A stretch of DNA of 32,000 nt from Nitrosopumilaceae archaeon (GCA_035528495.1 DATKYM010000037.1:11866-43865), one strand, 5' to 3'; counted from the stretch's first letter, positions 1 through 9,748 are shown. Translations and numbers: made by a program. Notes: generated from the letters alone by a model not told the origin.

Positions 1-97
1 GTGTATCGCATCTCAAACAAGAATAAATTACATCAAATGTCTCTTCAGGAACTTCTTCCACTTCATCTTCAATACTTTCTTCTACCATGTCTATCAT
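1..97 (-). CDS. partial CDS, first 32 codons only (acidic stretch then CxxC); continues past window start
   Basis: Hand translation of the minus strand from ATG at 97 (second ATG at 88): MIDMVEESIEDEVEEVPEETFDVIYSCLRCDT... It has the same orientation as uS10 and lies directly downstream of it. Too little sequence is visible to name it. Confidence 0.3.
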   Translation of the reverse strand, partial: MIDMVEESIEDEVEEVPEETFDVIYSCLRCDT

Positions 98-127
98 CAA
101 AATTTCTATAATTTAAGGTAATACAAT

Positions 128-436
128 CTATGTCAAAGACAGTTCAATATAGACATCATCTGGGATTTTTAGTCTCATTAATTGTCGAATTGCTTTATCA
201 TCAGCATTTATGTTAATTATTCTTCTATGCATTCGCATCTCCCACTTTTCATAAGTTTCAGTACCACTTCCACAGGGGGATTTTCTTGTTGCAATGTGTA
301 GTCTTTTTACAGGAAGTGGAGTTGGACCTTTAACTTTGACGCCAGTTTTTTTCCCAATGCCCATAATCTCATTGCATACAATATCTAATTTTGGCAGGCT
401 TGTAGATGTGAGTTTAACACGGGCAGCCTGAGTCAT
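128..436 (-). CDS. rps10: 30S ribosomal protein S10 (uS10)
   Basis: 102-aa ORF. The stretch KVKGPTPLPVKRLHIATRKSPCGSGTETYEKWEMRMHRRII is typical of uS10. It lies 10 nt downstream of EF-1alpha, the classic archaeal tuf-rps10 pair. Confidence 0.93.
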   Translation of the reverse strand: MTQAARVKLTSTSLPKLDIVCNEIMGIGKKTGVKVKGPTPLPVKRLHIATRKSPCGSGTETYEKWEMRMHRRIININADDKAIRQLMRLKIPDDVYIELSLT

Positions 437-446
437 CTAAATTATC

Positions 447-1745
447 CTATGGAGTATGTTTTTCTGTAATTTCCTTGACGATTCCTGCTGCGATAGTTGC
501 ACCCATATCTCGTAGCGCAAATCTACCCATTTCAGGAAAATCTTGGAAAGTTTCAATACAAGTTGGCCTTACTGGTCTAATCTTAACAATTGCAGAATCG
601 CCAACTTTAAGGAACTTTGGATTCTCCTCATCAACTGCCCCAGTTGCTGGATTTATTTTTTGTAGAAACTCTGTAACTGTAGCTGCTACTTGTGCGGTGT
701 GACAGTGCATTACAGGAGTATATCCAGGTGCAATTGCTGTTGGATGGTGAATTACGATGATTTGTGCTTTGAATTCCTTTGCAACAGTTGGTGGTGAATC
801 AGGGGTTCCAAGAACATCGCCTCTTTTGATATCTTTCTTTTCGATACCTCTTAGGTTAAAACCAATGTTATCACCAGCTTCTGCTGTTGGCATTTCTGTA
901 TGGTGAGTTTCTATAGATTTGATTTCACCAAGAGCACCAGATGGCATTACGATGATTTTTTGCCCTGCCTTCATAATTCCAGTTTCAACTCGTCCTACAG
1001 GTACAGTTCCAACACCAGTAATAGTATAAACATCTTGAATTGGAACGCGGAGGGGTTTACCCACTGGTTTTTCAACTACAGTGAAGTCATCAAATGCTTC
1101 AAGTAACGTCTTGCCTTTGTACCAGTCCATGTTTTCAGATCTTTTAACTAGATTGTCCCCTTTCCAGCCTGAAACTGGAATAATTGCTACTTTATCTAAC
1201 TTGTAACCTACAGATTGTACTAATTTTTCACCTTTAGCTTTAGCTGCAAGGAATCCCTCTTCTTTATAATCGACAGCATCCATTTTATTGATGGCAATAA
1301 TTAGTTGGCCCACACCCAAGGTCTTCAGTAAAAATGCGTGTTCTCTTGCTTGACCACCAGGTGCAATCGCAGTATCGGTTTCACCTTCTTTGGCAGAAAG
1401 CACCAAGATCGCAGCATCTGCCTCAGAGGCACCAGTAATCATGTTTTTGATAAAGTCTCGGTGTCCAGGTGCATCAATTAATGTAAAAAAGAATTTCGCT
1501 GATTCAAACTTTTGAAATGCAAGATCGATAGTAATTCCTCTTTCTCGCTCATCTTTAATATTATCCATAACCCATGCGTACTTGAAAGTATCACCTTTTC
1601 CGGTCTTCTCGGATTCGGCTGCATGTGATGCAATAGTTCGCTCATCCACGACTCCTAGATCCATCAAGAAATGACCCATTGTCGTGGATTTCCCATTATC
1701 AATATGACCTGTGACAATCATGTTCAAGTGTGGTTTAGTTGCCAT
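447..1745 (-). CDS. tuf: translation elongation factor EF-1 alpha
   Basis: 432-aa ORF with the GTPase motifs GHIDNGKST, DAPGHRDF and NKMD. The length and domain II/III sequence are typical of aEF-1alpha. Confidence 0.97.
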   Translation of the reverse strand: MATKPHLNMIVTGHIDNGKSTTMGHFLMDLGVVDERTIASHAAESEKTGKGDTFKYAWVMDNIKDERERGITIDLAFQKFESAKFFFTLIDAPGHRDFIKNMITGASEADAAILVLSAKEGETDTAIAPGGQAREHAFLLKTLGVGQLIIAINKMDAVDYKEEGFLAAKAKGEKLVQSVGYKLDKVAIIPVSGWKGDNLVKRSENMDWYKGKTLLEAFDDFTVVEKPVGKPLRVPIQDVYTITGVGTVPVGRVETGIMKAGQKIIVMPSGALGEIKSIETHHTEMPTAEAGDNIGFNLRGIEKKDIKRGDVLGTPDSPPTVAKEFKAQIIVIHHPTAIAPGYTPVMHCHTAQVAATVTEFLQKINPATGAVDEENPKFLKVGDSAIVKIRPVRPTCIETFQDFPEMGRFALRDMGATIAAGIVKEITEKHTP

Positions 1746-1874
1746 GTAGGGTTCGTATTCAAAGGGATTTATTACTGTTATGAATTTTTAAAAAAAATAA
1801 TAGTTTGTGTAATATTTTAAGGATCAAAAAATTTTAAAAAACACACATAAATCGAGGTGTTATTTACAACAAAT

Positions 1875-3011
1875 ATGAAAATTACAGTGTCAGTAATCAA
1901 AGCAGATGTTGGAGGAATTGGAGGGCACACTAGACCAAGCGACGGGTTAATCGACGCCGTAAAAAAGACCATAAAAGATTCAGGGGATTTACTAATTGAT
2001 CATTATATCGGTTATTGTGGAGATGATGTGCACATTGTAATGTCGCACACTCATGGAGTAGACAATAACGAAGTTCACAAACTTGCATGGGATGCATTTA
2101 TGGCAGGTACTAAAGTTGCCCGAGAAGAGGGATTGTATGGTGCAGGCCAAGATCTCTTAAAGGATTCATTTTCAGGTAACGTAAAAGGAATGGGTCCAGG
2201 TGTAGCCGAGATGGAGTTCGAAGAAAGACCAAATGAAGCATTTACAGTTTATGCAGCTGACAAAACAGAGCCAGGGGCATTTAATTATCCATTTTATCGA
2301 ATGTTTGTAGACGCATTAAGCAATACAGGTCTTATTGTAAACGAGTCACTTGCAAGGGGAGTTAATATGAATATAATGGATGTAGAGCAAGCACAGATTG
2401 CCAAATTATCATTATGGGAAGACAAACCATTGATTGAAGCTGCTTTAATGTATCCTGGACGATATGTAGTATCAACAGTTACTACAAAAGAAGGAGAACC
2501 AATCGTTGCATCATCAACAGATAGACTGCACAACATTGCAGGAACTTATGTCGGTAAAGATGATCCCATTTGTCTGGTTAGAACTCAAAAGAACTTTCCA
2601 GCAACTGAAGAAGTGGGAAGCGTTTTTAATAATCCACACTATGTAGCAGGGAACACTCGTGGAAGTCATCACATGCCACTAATGCCAGTAAAATTAAACT
2701 CTGCAGCTTCAATTAATTTTTGTATTCCAATCGTTGAATCTCTAGTTTTTAGTATGCATAATGGAAAGTTTGTAGGACCATTTGATGGATTCTCAACTCC
2801 AGATTGGGACTACATACGAGAGATAGCAACTAAAAAAGCACTTGCAATGAGAAGTCAAGGGTTTGTTCATCCAGCAACTCTAGTTCCATCAGAATTAGAA
2901 TATGCAGAGGGCTACAAGGCAAGGATGAGTATACTCCAAACTAAGATGAAACCACTAACAGAAAATATCTCAGGTGCAAAAAAGAGAGAAAATTACGAAG
3001 ATCCGGATTAA
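1875..3011 (+). CDS. fbp: bifunctional fructose-1,6-bisphosphate aldolase/phosphatase (class V FBPase)
   Basis: The N-terminus MKITVSVIKADVGGIGGHTRPS and overall length are characteristic of the archaeal FBP A/P family. I prefer ATG 1875 to the GTG 1857 of the ORF track because family members start at MK(I/V)T. Confidence 0.92.
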   Translation: MKITVSVIKADVGGIGGHTRPSDGLIDAVKKTIKDSGDLLIDHYIGYCGDDVHIVMSHTHGVDNNEVHKLAWDAFMAGTKVAREEGLYGAGQDLLKDSFSGNVKGMGPGVAEMEFEERPNEAFTVYAADKTEPGAFNYPFYRMFVDALSNTGLIVNESLARGVNMNIMDVEQAQIAKLSLWEDKPLIEAALMYPGRYVVSTVTTKEGEPIVASSTDRLHNIAGTYVGKDDPICLVRTQKNFPATEEVGSVFNNPHYVAGNTRGSHHMPLMPVKLNSAASINFCIPIVESLVFSMHNGKFVGPFDGFSTPDWDYIREIATKKALAMRSQGFVHPATLVPSELEYAEGYKARMSILQTKMKPLTENISGAKKRENYEDPD

Positions 3012-3085
3012 AAAAAGTCAAGTAGTGAGCAGGATAATTTTTGGGAAATAGTTAAATCAAAATACCAAATAAACTATAACATCTA

Positions 3086-3496
3086 ATGCACAAGGTTTTG
3101 ATGATCTTTGATTGGAAAACATACGCATTTACAGCCGTAGCAATAATTGGATTTTCAAATATCGTAGTTGGATTATTTAGTCAAACCATTCCAAATGTTT
3201 TGATCAATTTTTTTAGAAATGCCGGTGAAGTTGTAATATTAGGCTCAGTTTGTTTATTTGCAGTTGCATGGCTACTAAAGGCAAGACCCCATAACAGACC
3301 AAAAAAATATGACGTCATAGTATTTGATGTATATGGACAGAAGAGCCAAATTGATGGAATTCGGACTGAATTTAAAACTCACGATGTGGCATGGAGTTTT
3401 ATGAAGGAATACAAAAAAACCTATCCACTTTGTAACTTTGCCCTGGTGTCAAATCAAGGAAAACAAGAAAAACCAACCATCTTCAAATACATTTAG
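3086..3496 (+). CDS. hypothetical membrane protein (two predicted TM helices)
   Basis: 136-aa ORF with hydrophobic segments AFTAVAIIGFSNIVVGLF and VVILGSVCLFAVAWLL. No family recognised. Confidence 0.5.
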   Translation: MHKVLMIFDWKTYAFTAVAIIGFSNIVVGLFSQTIPNVLINFFRNAGEVVILGSVCLFAVAWLLKARPHNRPKKYDVIVFDVYGQKSQIDGIRTEFKTHDVAWSFMKEYKKTYPLCNFALVSNQGKQEKPTIFKYI

Positions 3497-3536
3497 AACT
3501 GACAACAAATAATTATGTCAAAACAAATCAATTGTT

Positions 3537-3728
3537 GTGCCAGTAAGGATCTTCAGCGGTGTTGAACATGTTGTTGAAAAATCAATTAATAACTTTATCA
3601 AAGAGGTCAAGGTGATAGATATCCAAATAACTAGTCATCTAAATAAAAATGAAAAATCCCAACTCTTCGCTTTGATTCATTATGAAGGTGCCCCTCCTAG
3701 TCATTCTGCCGGTCCAGGTCTACTATAG
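3537..3728 (+). CDS. small hypothetical protein, Cse60/DUF2758-like pattern
   Basis: 63-aa ORF with a GTG start. The pattern VRIF..VEHVVEKSINNFIKEVKVIDIQ...LFALIHYE resembles the Cse60-type small alpha/beta family as I remember it. Weak call. Confidence 0.35.
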   Translation: MPVRIFSGVEHVVEKSINNFIKEVKVIDIQITSHLNKNEKSQLFALIHYEGAPPSHSAGPGLL

Positions 3729-3770
3729 TTTAGATTCAAACTTTTATGCGGGATCATTGCAAAAAATAGA

Positions 3771-5537
3771 GTGAAGTTCTCCACCTTATCTGAGTCGCTA
3801 AATAAAATGGAGTCCACTTCAAAAAGACTAGAGCTTACACAGCATTTAGTTGAATTATTTGAAAATACTCCACAAGATGTTATTTCAAAGATTGTTTATC
3901 TTTTGCAAGGCAAACTTCGGCCTGACTTTGAGGGAATAGAGCTCGGAGTAGCTGAAAAACTTGCAATAAGGGCAATTTCAAAATCATCAGGATTGACAAT
4001 AAAAAAGATTGAAGAGGAATACCGAAAAACAGGCGACCTTGGGCAAGCTGGAACTATAATATTGGAACAAAAAACTCAGACCACTTTTCTTGTAGAGAAT
4101 ATTACAGTAGAACGTGTTTACGAGACATTATTTAAGATTGCAAGATTAGAAGGGTCTCGCTCACAAGACATGAAAATCAAATATATCTCTAGCCTTCTAA
4201 ATGATGCAACCCCCGTTGAGGCAAGTTTCATTCTAAAGATTCTACTTGGAACTATGCGTTTAGGAGTTGCAGAGAATACCGTAATGGATGCATTGGCCAT
4301 TGCATACACAGGAGGTAAAGAAAACAGAAAAGCGTTAGAGCACGCATATAACGTATCAAGTGACTTGGGAAAGGTTGCAGAAACTGTTGCAAATAAAGGA
4401 CTTAAAGGAGTTGAAGATTTTGAAATTACATTATTCAATCCTATCAGACCAATGCTTGCAGACCGTGTAAAGAGTGAAGAAGAAGCCATAGAAAAGATGG
4501 AAAATGAATTTGCCGCAGAATACAAGTTAGATGGGGAACGAGTGCAAATTCATGTAAAAGGGGAAAAAGTTGTTTTGTTTTCAAGAAGTTTGGAAAATAT
4601 ATCAGAATATTATCCAGACATAATTGAAAAAATCCCAAAATCAGTTTTAGATGATCAAGTGATACTAGAAGCAGAAGCTGTTGCAATAAATGAAAACACT
4701 GGAGAATTTTTACCATTTCAAGAGCTAATGCACAGGAGAAGAAAATACAAGATTGAGAAAGCAGTTTCTCAGTATCCAATCACAGTGAATTTTTTTGATA
4801 TTCTATTTTGCAATGGTAAAAGTTGTTTAGAACTAGAATATCAAGAAAGAAGAAAGTTATTAGAAAAAACTGTAAAAGAAGATGAATATTCAAAACATGT
4901 TCCAATGACAATAATAAAATCTGAAAATGAGTTAGAAGATTTTCTTGAAAATAGCATAAACTCTGGATGTGAAGGAGTGATGCTTAAAATGCTTGACAAG
5001 CCATATCAAGCAGGTTCAAGAGGAAGCTATTGGTTAAAGCTAAAACGAGAATATAGAAATGAACTTGGAGATAGTTTAGATCTTGTTGTAATTGGTGCAT
5101 TTTTTGGAAAAGGGAGAAGGACAGGATTGTACGGAACGTTACTTTTAGCTTCTTACGATGAGGATACAGATACTTTTACTAGTATATGTAAAGTAGGGAC
5201 AGGATTTACCGACGAGTATTTGGATCAACTTTATCAGATATTATCATCCAAAGTAACAATAAAGAAAAATCCAAGGATCACAAGTGAAATGGAAGCAGAT
5301 GTATGGTTTGAACCAGAACTCGTAATTGAGATTGTAGCAACTGAAATTACCTTGAGTCCAATTCACAAAGCCGCAATGGATGAAATTAGAAAAGGAGCAG
5401 GGCTCGCATTACGATTCCCAAAGTTTACAGGTAAAATCAGAGTGGAGAAATTTGCAGAAGATGCATCAACTAATGAGGAAGTAATTAGTCTGTATAAAGG
5501 ACAGAAAAAAATAGCTCATGATAAAAATTTAATGTAA
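3771..5537 (+). CDS. lig: ATP-dependent DNA ligase
   Basis: 588-aa ORF with a GTG start. It carries the adenylation motif EYKLDGERVQIH (KxDG), plus GCEGVMLK, WLKLKREY and the C-terminal OB domain motif LRFPKF. Confidence 0.95.
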   Translation: MKFSTLSESLNKMESTSKRLELTQHLVELFENTPQDVISKIVYLLQGKLRPDFEGIELGVAEKLAIRAISKSSGLTIKKIEEEYRKTGDLGQAGTIILEQKTQTTFLVENITVERVYETLFKIARLEGSRSQDMKIKYISSLLNDATPVEASFILKILLGTMRLGVAENTVMDALAIAYTGGKENRKALEHAYNVSSDLGKVAETVANKGLKGVEDFEITLFNPIRPMLADRVKSEEEAIEKMENEFAAEYKLDGERVQIHVKGEKVVLFSRSLENISEYYPDIIEKIPKSVLDDQVILEAEAVAINENTGEFLPFQELMHRRRKYKIEKAVSQYPITVNFFDILFCNGKSCLELEYQERRKLLEKTVKEDEYSKHVPMTIIKSENELEDFLENSINSGCEGVMLKMLDKPYQAGSRGSYWLKLKREYRNELGDSLDLVVIGAFFGKGRRTGLYGTLLLASYDEDTDTFTSICKVGTGFTDEYLDQLYQILSSKVTIKKNPRITSEMEADVWFEPELVIEIVATEITLSPIHKAAMDEIRKGAGLALRFPKFTGKIRVEKFAEDASTNEEVISLYKGQKKIAHDKNLM

Positions 5538-5604
5538 ATTAAGCACTAGAAACCCCAAAAATCATCGAGGATTTAAATTACCTAGGCTACGATATCAATT
5601 TGAA

Positions 5605-6258
5605 ATGTATAGCGGAGAACTTGAAGTTCAAGCTAAAAGAAAGGCTATTGCAGTTTTGCAAGACGAAATTAACAGAATTCTAAATGCATCAAGAGAACTG
5701 GCATCAATACCAGAACTAATGATGAAAAAAGACAAAACTGGAATAAAAAATGCGTTAACGCAAATCTCAACTATCGAAGAAGAAGTTGAAAACCTAAGGC
5801 GAAAAATAACTCGAGAAGTAGCTGATGTTGGAGGATTAATCATGAACAGAGAAAATCTCCTAAACACTGCATACACTATGGATGAAATTGCAGGTTACAT
5901 TACAGGAATTTCATTCAAGTTATCAAATGTAAAGGCATCAACTCTAAAGAGTTCAAAATTAGATGAAGACATTACAAAGTTAATCGAGTTAGTAGTAGAC
6001 CAAGTCTATAAGCTAAACGAGATTATCAGAAGCCTTAGTACAAATACTGCAAATGCAATTGAGTTAGCACAAGAGACTCAGACAATTGAGCGAGAAATTG
6101 ATCTCAAATACAGGCAAGCCACAATGAAGCTACTAGCTGGAGTTACAAACATCTCAGAACTCTTGCTGTTGAAAGACGTAATTGAAGGAATTGAAGAGAT
6201 GGCTGACAAATGCCAAAGAGTATCGGATTCATTCATACTGTTAGCTCTAAGCCTATAA
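5605..6258 (+). CDS. DUF47 / PhoU-like helical protein
   Basis: 217-aa all-helical ORF. The C-terminal LLLLKDVIEGIEEMADKCQRVSD pattern is typical of the DUF47 (PhoU-divergent) family. No phosphate transporter gene is adjacent. Confidence 0.55.
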   Translation: MYSGELEVQAKRKAIAVLQDEINRILNASRELASIPELMMKKDKTGIKNALTQISTIEEEVENLRRKITREVADVGGLIMNRENLLNTAYTMDEIAGYITGISFKLSNVKASTLKSSKLDEDITKLIELVVDQVYKLNEIIRSLSTNTANAIELAQETQTIEREIDLKYRQATMKLLAGVTNISELLLLKDVIEGIEEMADKCQRVSDSFILLALSL

Positions 6259-6341
6259 CACACCCTTTTTCATATTTTTATTCATTAATCATTGATTTTC
6301 AGAATATACAATTCATATACGAAGATTCTATTTTAGATTTG

Positions 6342-6878
6342 ATGAAGTGTGAGCTTGTAGAAAACAGATTGATTGTTTGGAATATAGAGGATTCTCGTAA
6401 GCTTTTCAGCAGTGGATATTACGGAAAACCTATTGGAATTCCAAAACCAAAATTTGATGAAATAGATGTTCCGTTAATTTTAGATTTAATGGAAGGATTG
6501 TACTTGCTTGAGACAAAAAAAATTACGATTTACAAAGAAAAGAAAAAAATTACAACACATGACATGGTGGAGATTTGTAAAAAAGAATACCATGACTTTG
6601 ATAAAAAATATCTAGTCTACAAAAATTTTCGAGATAAAGGTTACATCATAAATCCGGGACTAAAGTTTGGTTGTGATTTTGCAGTTTACGAAAAGGGACC
6701 AGGAATTGATCATGCTCCTTTTTTGATTCAAGTGTATAACAGAAGTGATACTATTTCATCGACTGCAATCGTTTTAGCAGGGAGACTGGCTACCACCGTA
6801 AGAAAGCAATTCATTTTGGCAATACCTAAAGGAAAAGATAAAGTAGATTTTTTAGCACTTGACTGGTGGAAAGCCTAA
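6342..6878 (+). CDS. endA: tRNA-splicing endonuclease
   Basis: The sequence MKCELVENRLIVWNIEDSRKLFSSGYYGKP... with C-terminal GCDFAVYEKGPGIDHAPFLIQV is typical of EndA. The start is set to ATG 6342. The track's 6210 start adds 44 low-complexity residues that overlap the previous gene. Confidence 0.8.
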   Translation: MKCELVENRLIVWNIEDSRKLFSSGYYGKPIGIPKPKFDEIDVPLILDLMEGLYLLETKKITIYKEKKKITTHDMVEICKKEYHDFDKKYLVYKNFRDKGYIINPGLKFGCDFAVYEKGPGIDHAPFLIQVYNRSDTISSTAIVLAGRLATTVRKQFILAIPKGKDKVDFLALDWWKA

Positions 6879-7252
6879 ACTTTCTTTATGTGACCTGCAA
6901 TACGGTCATAAATCCAAAAGAGTTCTTCAGATATTCCAAAGTCTATGTGATTTTTCCATTTATTTCTGATTCTAATTGCACCTTCAGTTGGCTCTACATA
7001 GATGGTTGCATCCTGCAAAGTTTGTTTTGCAATCATATCATTTAGCTCAGAATCCTCGTTGAGAAGTTTTGTTAAACTGCCAACACCATCCCAGTCTACT
7101 TTGACTATTTTCTTTGCTCCAAAATGACCTTGTGTTGTAAGTTTTGTTCTAGCAGTATAATTAGAGGAAGCTCTTCCTGCATCTTTTCGAACAATAAAGT
7201 GTGCTTGGAATTTATCCTCTGCACCCCATGGAAGTGGATTTGGATCTTGCAT
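6875..7252 (-). CDS. hypothetical protein (125 aa)
   Basis: ORF with protein-like composition. It overlaps the endA stop convergently by 4 nt. No family recognised. Confidence 0.55.
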   Translation of the reverse strand: MQDPNPLPWGAEDKFQAHFIVRKDAGRASSNYTARTKLTTQGHFGAKKIVKVDWDGVGSLTKLLNEDSELNDMIAKQTLQDATIYVEPTEGAIRIRNKWKNHIDFGISEELFWIYDRIAGHIKKV

Positions 7253-7254
7253 CT

Positions 7255-7491
7255 TTATCCCTTTTGAATAATTTGAACTACGTCAATGTTAGAATTTTTA
7301 ATTTCAAGACACCCTTTGTTAGTAACCATTCTGGGGGTTTGAGAAAAATATCTACTGTAAAAATCTCCACTCTCCAAATCATCTGTTGCAATATCTTTTG
7401 CTTCTGATTCTACCCCAATTTCAGATAACATATCCCTAAATTTCTCAGGCCATGTTTTGTAAACAAAGGTATCAGACTCCGTATCATGCAT
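7255..7491 (-). CDS. hypothetical protein (78 aa)
   Basis: ORF immediately upstream of 6875-7252 on the same strand, with TAA-AG-ATG spacing. No family recognised. Confidence 0.5.
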   Translation of the reverse strand: MHDTESDTFVYKTWPEKFRDMLSEIGVESEAKDIATDDLESGDFYSRYFSQTPRMVTNKGCLEIKNSNIDVVQIIQKG

Positions 7492-7596
7492 AAAAAATCT
7501 AGAATTTTACTCACAAATAAAGATATCAAGAAAACTTCAAAAATATAATATGTTTTTTAGTGTAAATTTTTTCCTAAACACTCACAGTTAATGGAT

Positions 7597-7707
7597 TTAG
7601 TAAGACCTATCTCGTAATTGATGACAATCACATAAACATCCTTTTTGGCATTTTATCCTCCTGCAATCAATGCAAGTTTTTTTATTCCAATAAGGTGCAG
7701 TGTTCAT
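7597..7707 (-). CDS. unannotated 36-aa Cys-rich micro-protein (CxxC-x4-C-x3-CxCxC-H)
   Basis: Hand translation: MNTAPYWNKKTCIDCRRIKCQKGCLCDCHQLRDRSY*. It sits in the otherwise empty 476-bp gap 7492-7967. It shares its Cys pattern with 12452-12547. Confidence 0.35.
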   Translation of the reverse strand: MNTAPYWNKKTCIDCRRIKCQKGCLCDCHQLRDRSY

Positions 7708-7967
7708 AGATCTAGTTATCTTTCAAAAGAAATTAAGGGTTTAGTAAAAATAGACCGAATATCTTGAGGAAATGAGATAGGCGATATTATTTTCCCATTT
7801 AGATCGCCCTTTGAATTTCTGTTATTATTGGAACACAATTAGTAGGCATGTTAAAAATATTAAAATTCAATTTTGAGGTAAATTCTACAATACAACCTGA
7901 AGGTAATTGTAAAATGAATATCACTAACAATCAAATTAAATAATACTTTGAGGCTGGTCTGTTATCG

Positions 7968-9746
7968 ATGTTAAAATTTCAAGGTAAAACAGCATTAATC
8001 ACAGGAAGCGGTACTGGAATAGGCCAGGCAATTGCCAAAAAATTTGTTGAAAACGGCGCAAGTGTAATAATTCTGGGCAGAAGACGCGAGCCATTAGATG
8101 AGACCTCAAAAATGCTTGAAGGAATAATCTCTGAATTAAACAGCGGGGCCAATGTCACAATCTTCTCAGGTGTTGATGTTGCAGATGAGCATGCAATGAC
8201 TAGCATGTTTGATACTTTAAAAAATGAAAATAAAAAAATAGACTATATAATAAATAACGCAGGAGTTTCAGGTCCTGTTACTTGTTTTGCAAATGCACCA
8301 CTAGATGATTTTAAAAGTACAGTTGCAATTCACTTGACTGGAACATTTTGGGGTTCAGTGCAATCACTAAAAGTAATGAACGAAGGTGGAAAAATAATTA
8401 CAATATCTACTTTCTTTACAGAAGAGAGACCACTAGAGCAAAGACCATACCGATTTAGAACTCCATACACTGCAGCACAAGGAGCAAAGAATAGATTGGC
8501 AGAACTAATGTCGTGGGAGCTAACTGACAAGGGAATCATATCTATTGCAACAAATCCTGGCCCCGTACACTCAGATAGGATTTACAAGACGGTGTATCCA
8601 AAAGCAGCTTCTGAGTTTATGAGAGTGAGTGGATTTGAAGACTTGACTCCGGTACAAGTTGATGCTGCAAACAAAGAACTATTACCATTACTTGGAGAAG
8701 ATGAAAACACTGTAAAGCAAGGAATTACAAATGCGGCTCAGAAATTATCACAAGAAAACGGTATAGAGGTGCAAAAACTAACTGAGACTCTAACTAATCT
8801 CTTAAACAAGATTCAAAGCATTGCAGAAAAAGTTCAAAGCAATACATCGCACATGATTGCAAACAAAGAGTTCTTGTCTCAATCACAAGTATCAGAATCA
8901 GTTCTCAATTTGTGTGATGATGAGATTGCAAAAATTATCAACGGCAAGGTAATTCCAGGAGACAGAGTATTTTATCCTGTAAAGCCATACATTGGAACCA
9001 CCACTCCAGGTGTACACCAGCCAGACTTTACCGGAAAATCAATTGTATTTACTATTGATGCTACCGACAAGACAGATTCAGATAGAGTCCAGTATTTGGC
9101 CCAGCATGTTGTGAAAAATGGAGGCAAAGTCGCCTGCTTTATCTCAGAGGCCACACCTAAAGACATCCAAGAGACCATAAGCAACGCGTTTCACTCTCAT
9201 GTGGTAAACATCAAAAATTCTGATGAGGTTGCAAAGTGGCTAAACACAGCCAACACCAACTTGGGCGATATTCTAGCAGTAGTTCATGTTACTGGCAAAT
9301 TACCTGAAATCTCAAAATTAACAGAACTATCAAGTGCAGGATGGCAAGAGTTGGTTGAAAAATTCATCACAACGCCAGCAACTGTTGCCCAAAGAGCATT
9401 AGAACACTTTGTCCCAGGGGGTGCAAAAGATCCACGTCTTTACAAAGATGCAACTGGTGCAATGATGATAATAGGTCCGGATTTACCATCAGGAAGAAAA
9501 GTTTCAGGGACTCAAAGAGCCCAAATTGAAGTATTTCGGGGAGCACTAAGACCATTTACAACCACCGTGAATCAAGAGCTCAGCGATGTCCTCAAATCAA
9601 AGATTAGAATATTTTCAGTATTTCCAGGATCAGTTACAGGTGCTGAACCAAACAATGAAAACATTGCTCAAGCATTAAATTTTCTAGTATCAGACAGTGC
9701 AGCTTCATCATCAGAAGTTACATTTTGTGTTGATGAATCAAGATAA
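7968..9746 (+). CDS. two-domain SDR-family oxidoreductase (SDR + pseudo-SDR), malonyl-CoA-reductase C-terminal-half-like
   Basis: 592-aa ORF. It has GKTALITGSGTGIGQAIA (TGxxxGxG) and YIINNAGVSG. The active-site region STFFTEERPLEQRPYRFRTPYTAAQGAK is atypical and is followed by NPGPVHSDRI. The second Rossmann-like half has no Gly-rich loop. The CDS is certain; the function is a hypothesis. Confidence 0.9.
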   Translation: MLKFQGKTALITGSGTGIGQAIAKKFVENGASVIILGRRREPLDETSKMLEGIISELNSGANVTIFSGVDVADEHAMTSMFDTLKNENKKIDYIINNAGVSGPVTCFANAPLDDFKSTVAIHLTGTFWGSVQSLKVMNEGGKIITISTFFTEERPLEQRPYRFRTPYTAAQGAKNRLAELMSWELTDKGIISIATNPGPVHSDRIYKTVYPKAASEFMRVSGFEDLTPVQVDAANKELLPLLGEDENTVKQGITNAAQKLSQENGIEVQKLTETLTNLLNKIQSIAEKVQSNTSHMIANKEFLSQSQVSESVLNLCDDEIAKIINGKVIPGDRVFYPVKPYIGTTTPGVHQPDFTGKSIVFTIDATDKTDSDRVQYLAQHVVKNGGKVACFISEATPKDIQETISNAFHSHVVNIKNSDEVAKWLNTANTNLGDILAVVHVTGKLPEISKLTELSSAGWQELVEKFITTPATVAQRALEHFVPGGAKDPRLYKDATGAMMIIGPDLPSGRKVSGTQRAQIEVFRGALRPFTTTVNQELSDVLKSKIRIFSVFPGSVTGAEPNNENIAQALNFLVSDSAASSSEVTFCVDESR

Positions 9747-9748
9747 AG

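Noticed and set aside
475-1106. Plus-strand ORFs 475-702 and 900-1106 inside tuf
   Set aside because: They lie entirely antisense to the strongly supported EF-1alpha gene. Their low-complexity composition is typical of shadow frames.
2294-6263. Antisense ORFs 2294-2536, 4118-4525, 4444-4779, 5628-5876 and 6078-6263
   Set aside because: Each is embedded in a well-supported gene on the other strand (fbp, lig, DUF47). None shows a recognisable motif.
6210-6341. N-terminal 44-codon extension of endA given by the ORF track
   Set aside because: The extension is low-complexity and overlaps the DUF47 gene end. Homologues start near MKCELVENRL.
7201-7407. Plus-strand 68-aa ORF
   Set aside because: It overlaps two co-oriented minus-strand ORFs that have better composition.
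7848-7943. 31-aa plus-strand ORF (MLKILKFNFEVNSTIQPEGNCKMNITNNQIK) upstream of the SDR gene, considered as a regulatory uORF
   Set aside because: No motif, no coupling to the SDR start and no supporting feature. It is indistinguishable from chance in AT-rich sequence.
7979-9555. Antisense ORFs 7979-8206, 8330-8539, 8972-9184 and 9367-9555
   Set aside because: All are shadow frames of the 592-aa SDR gene.
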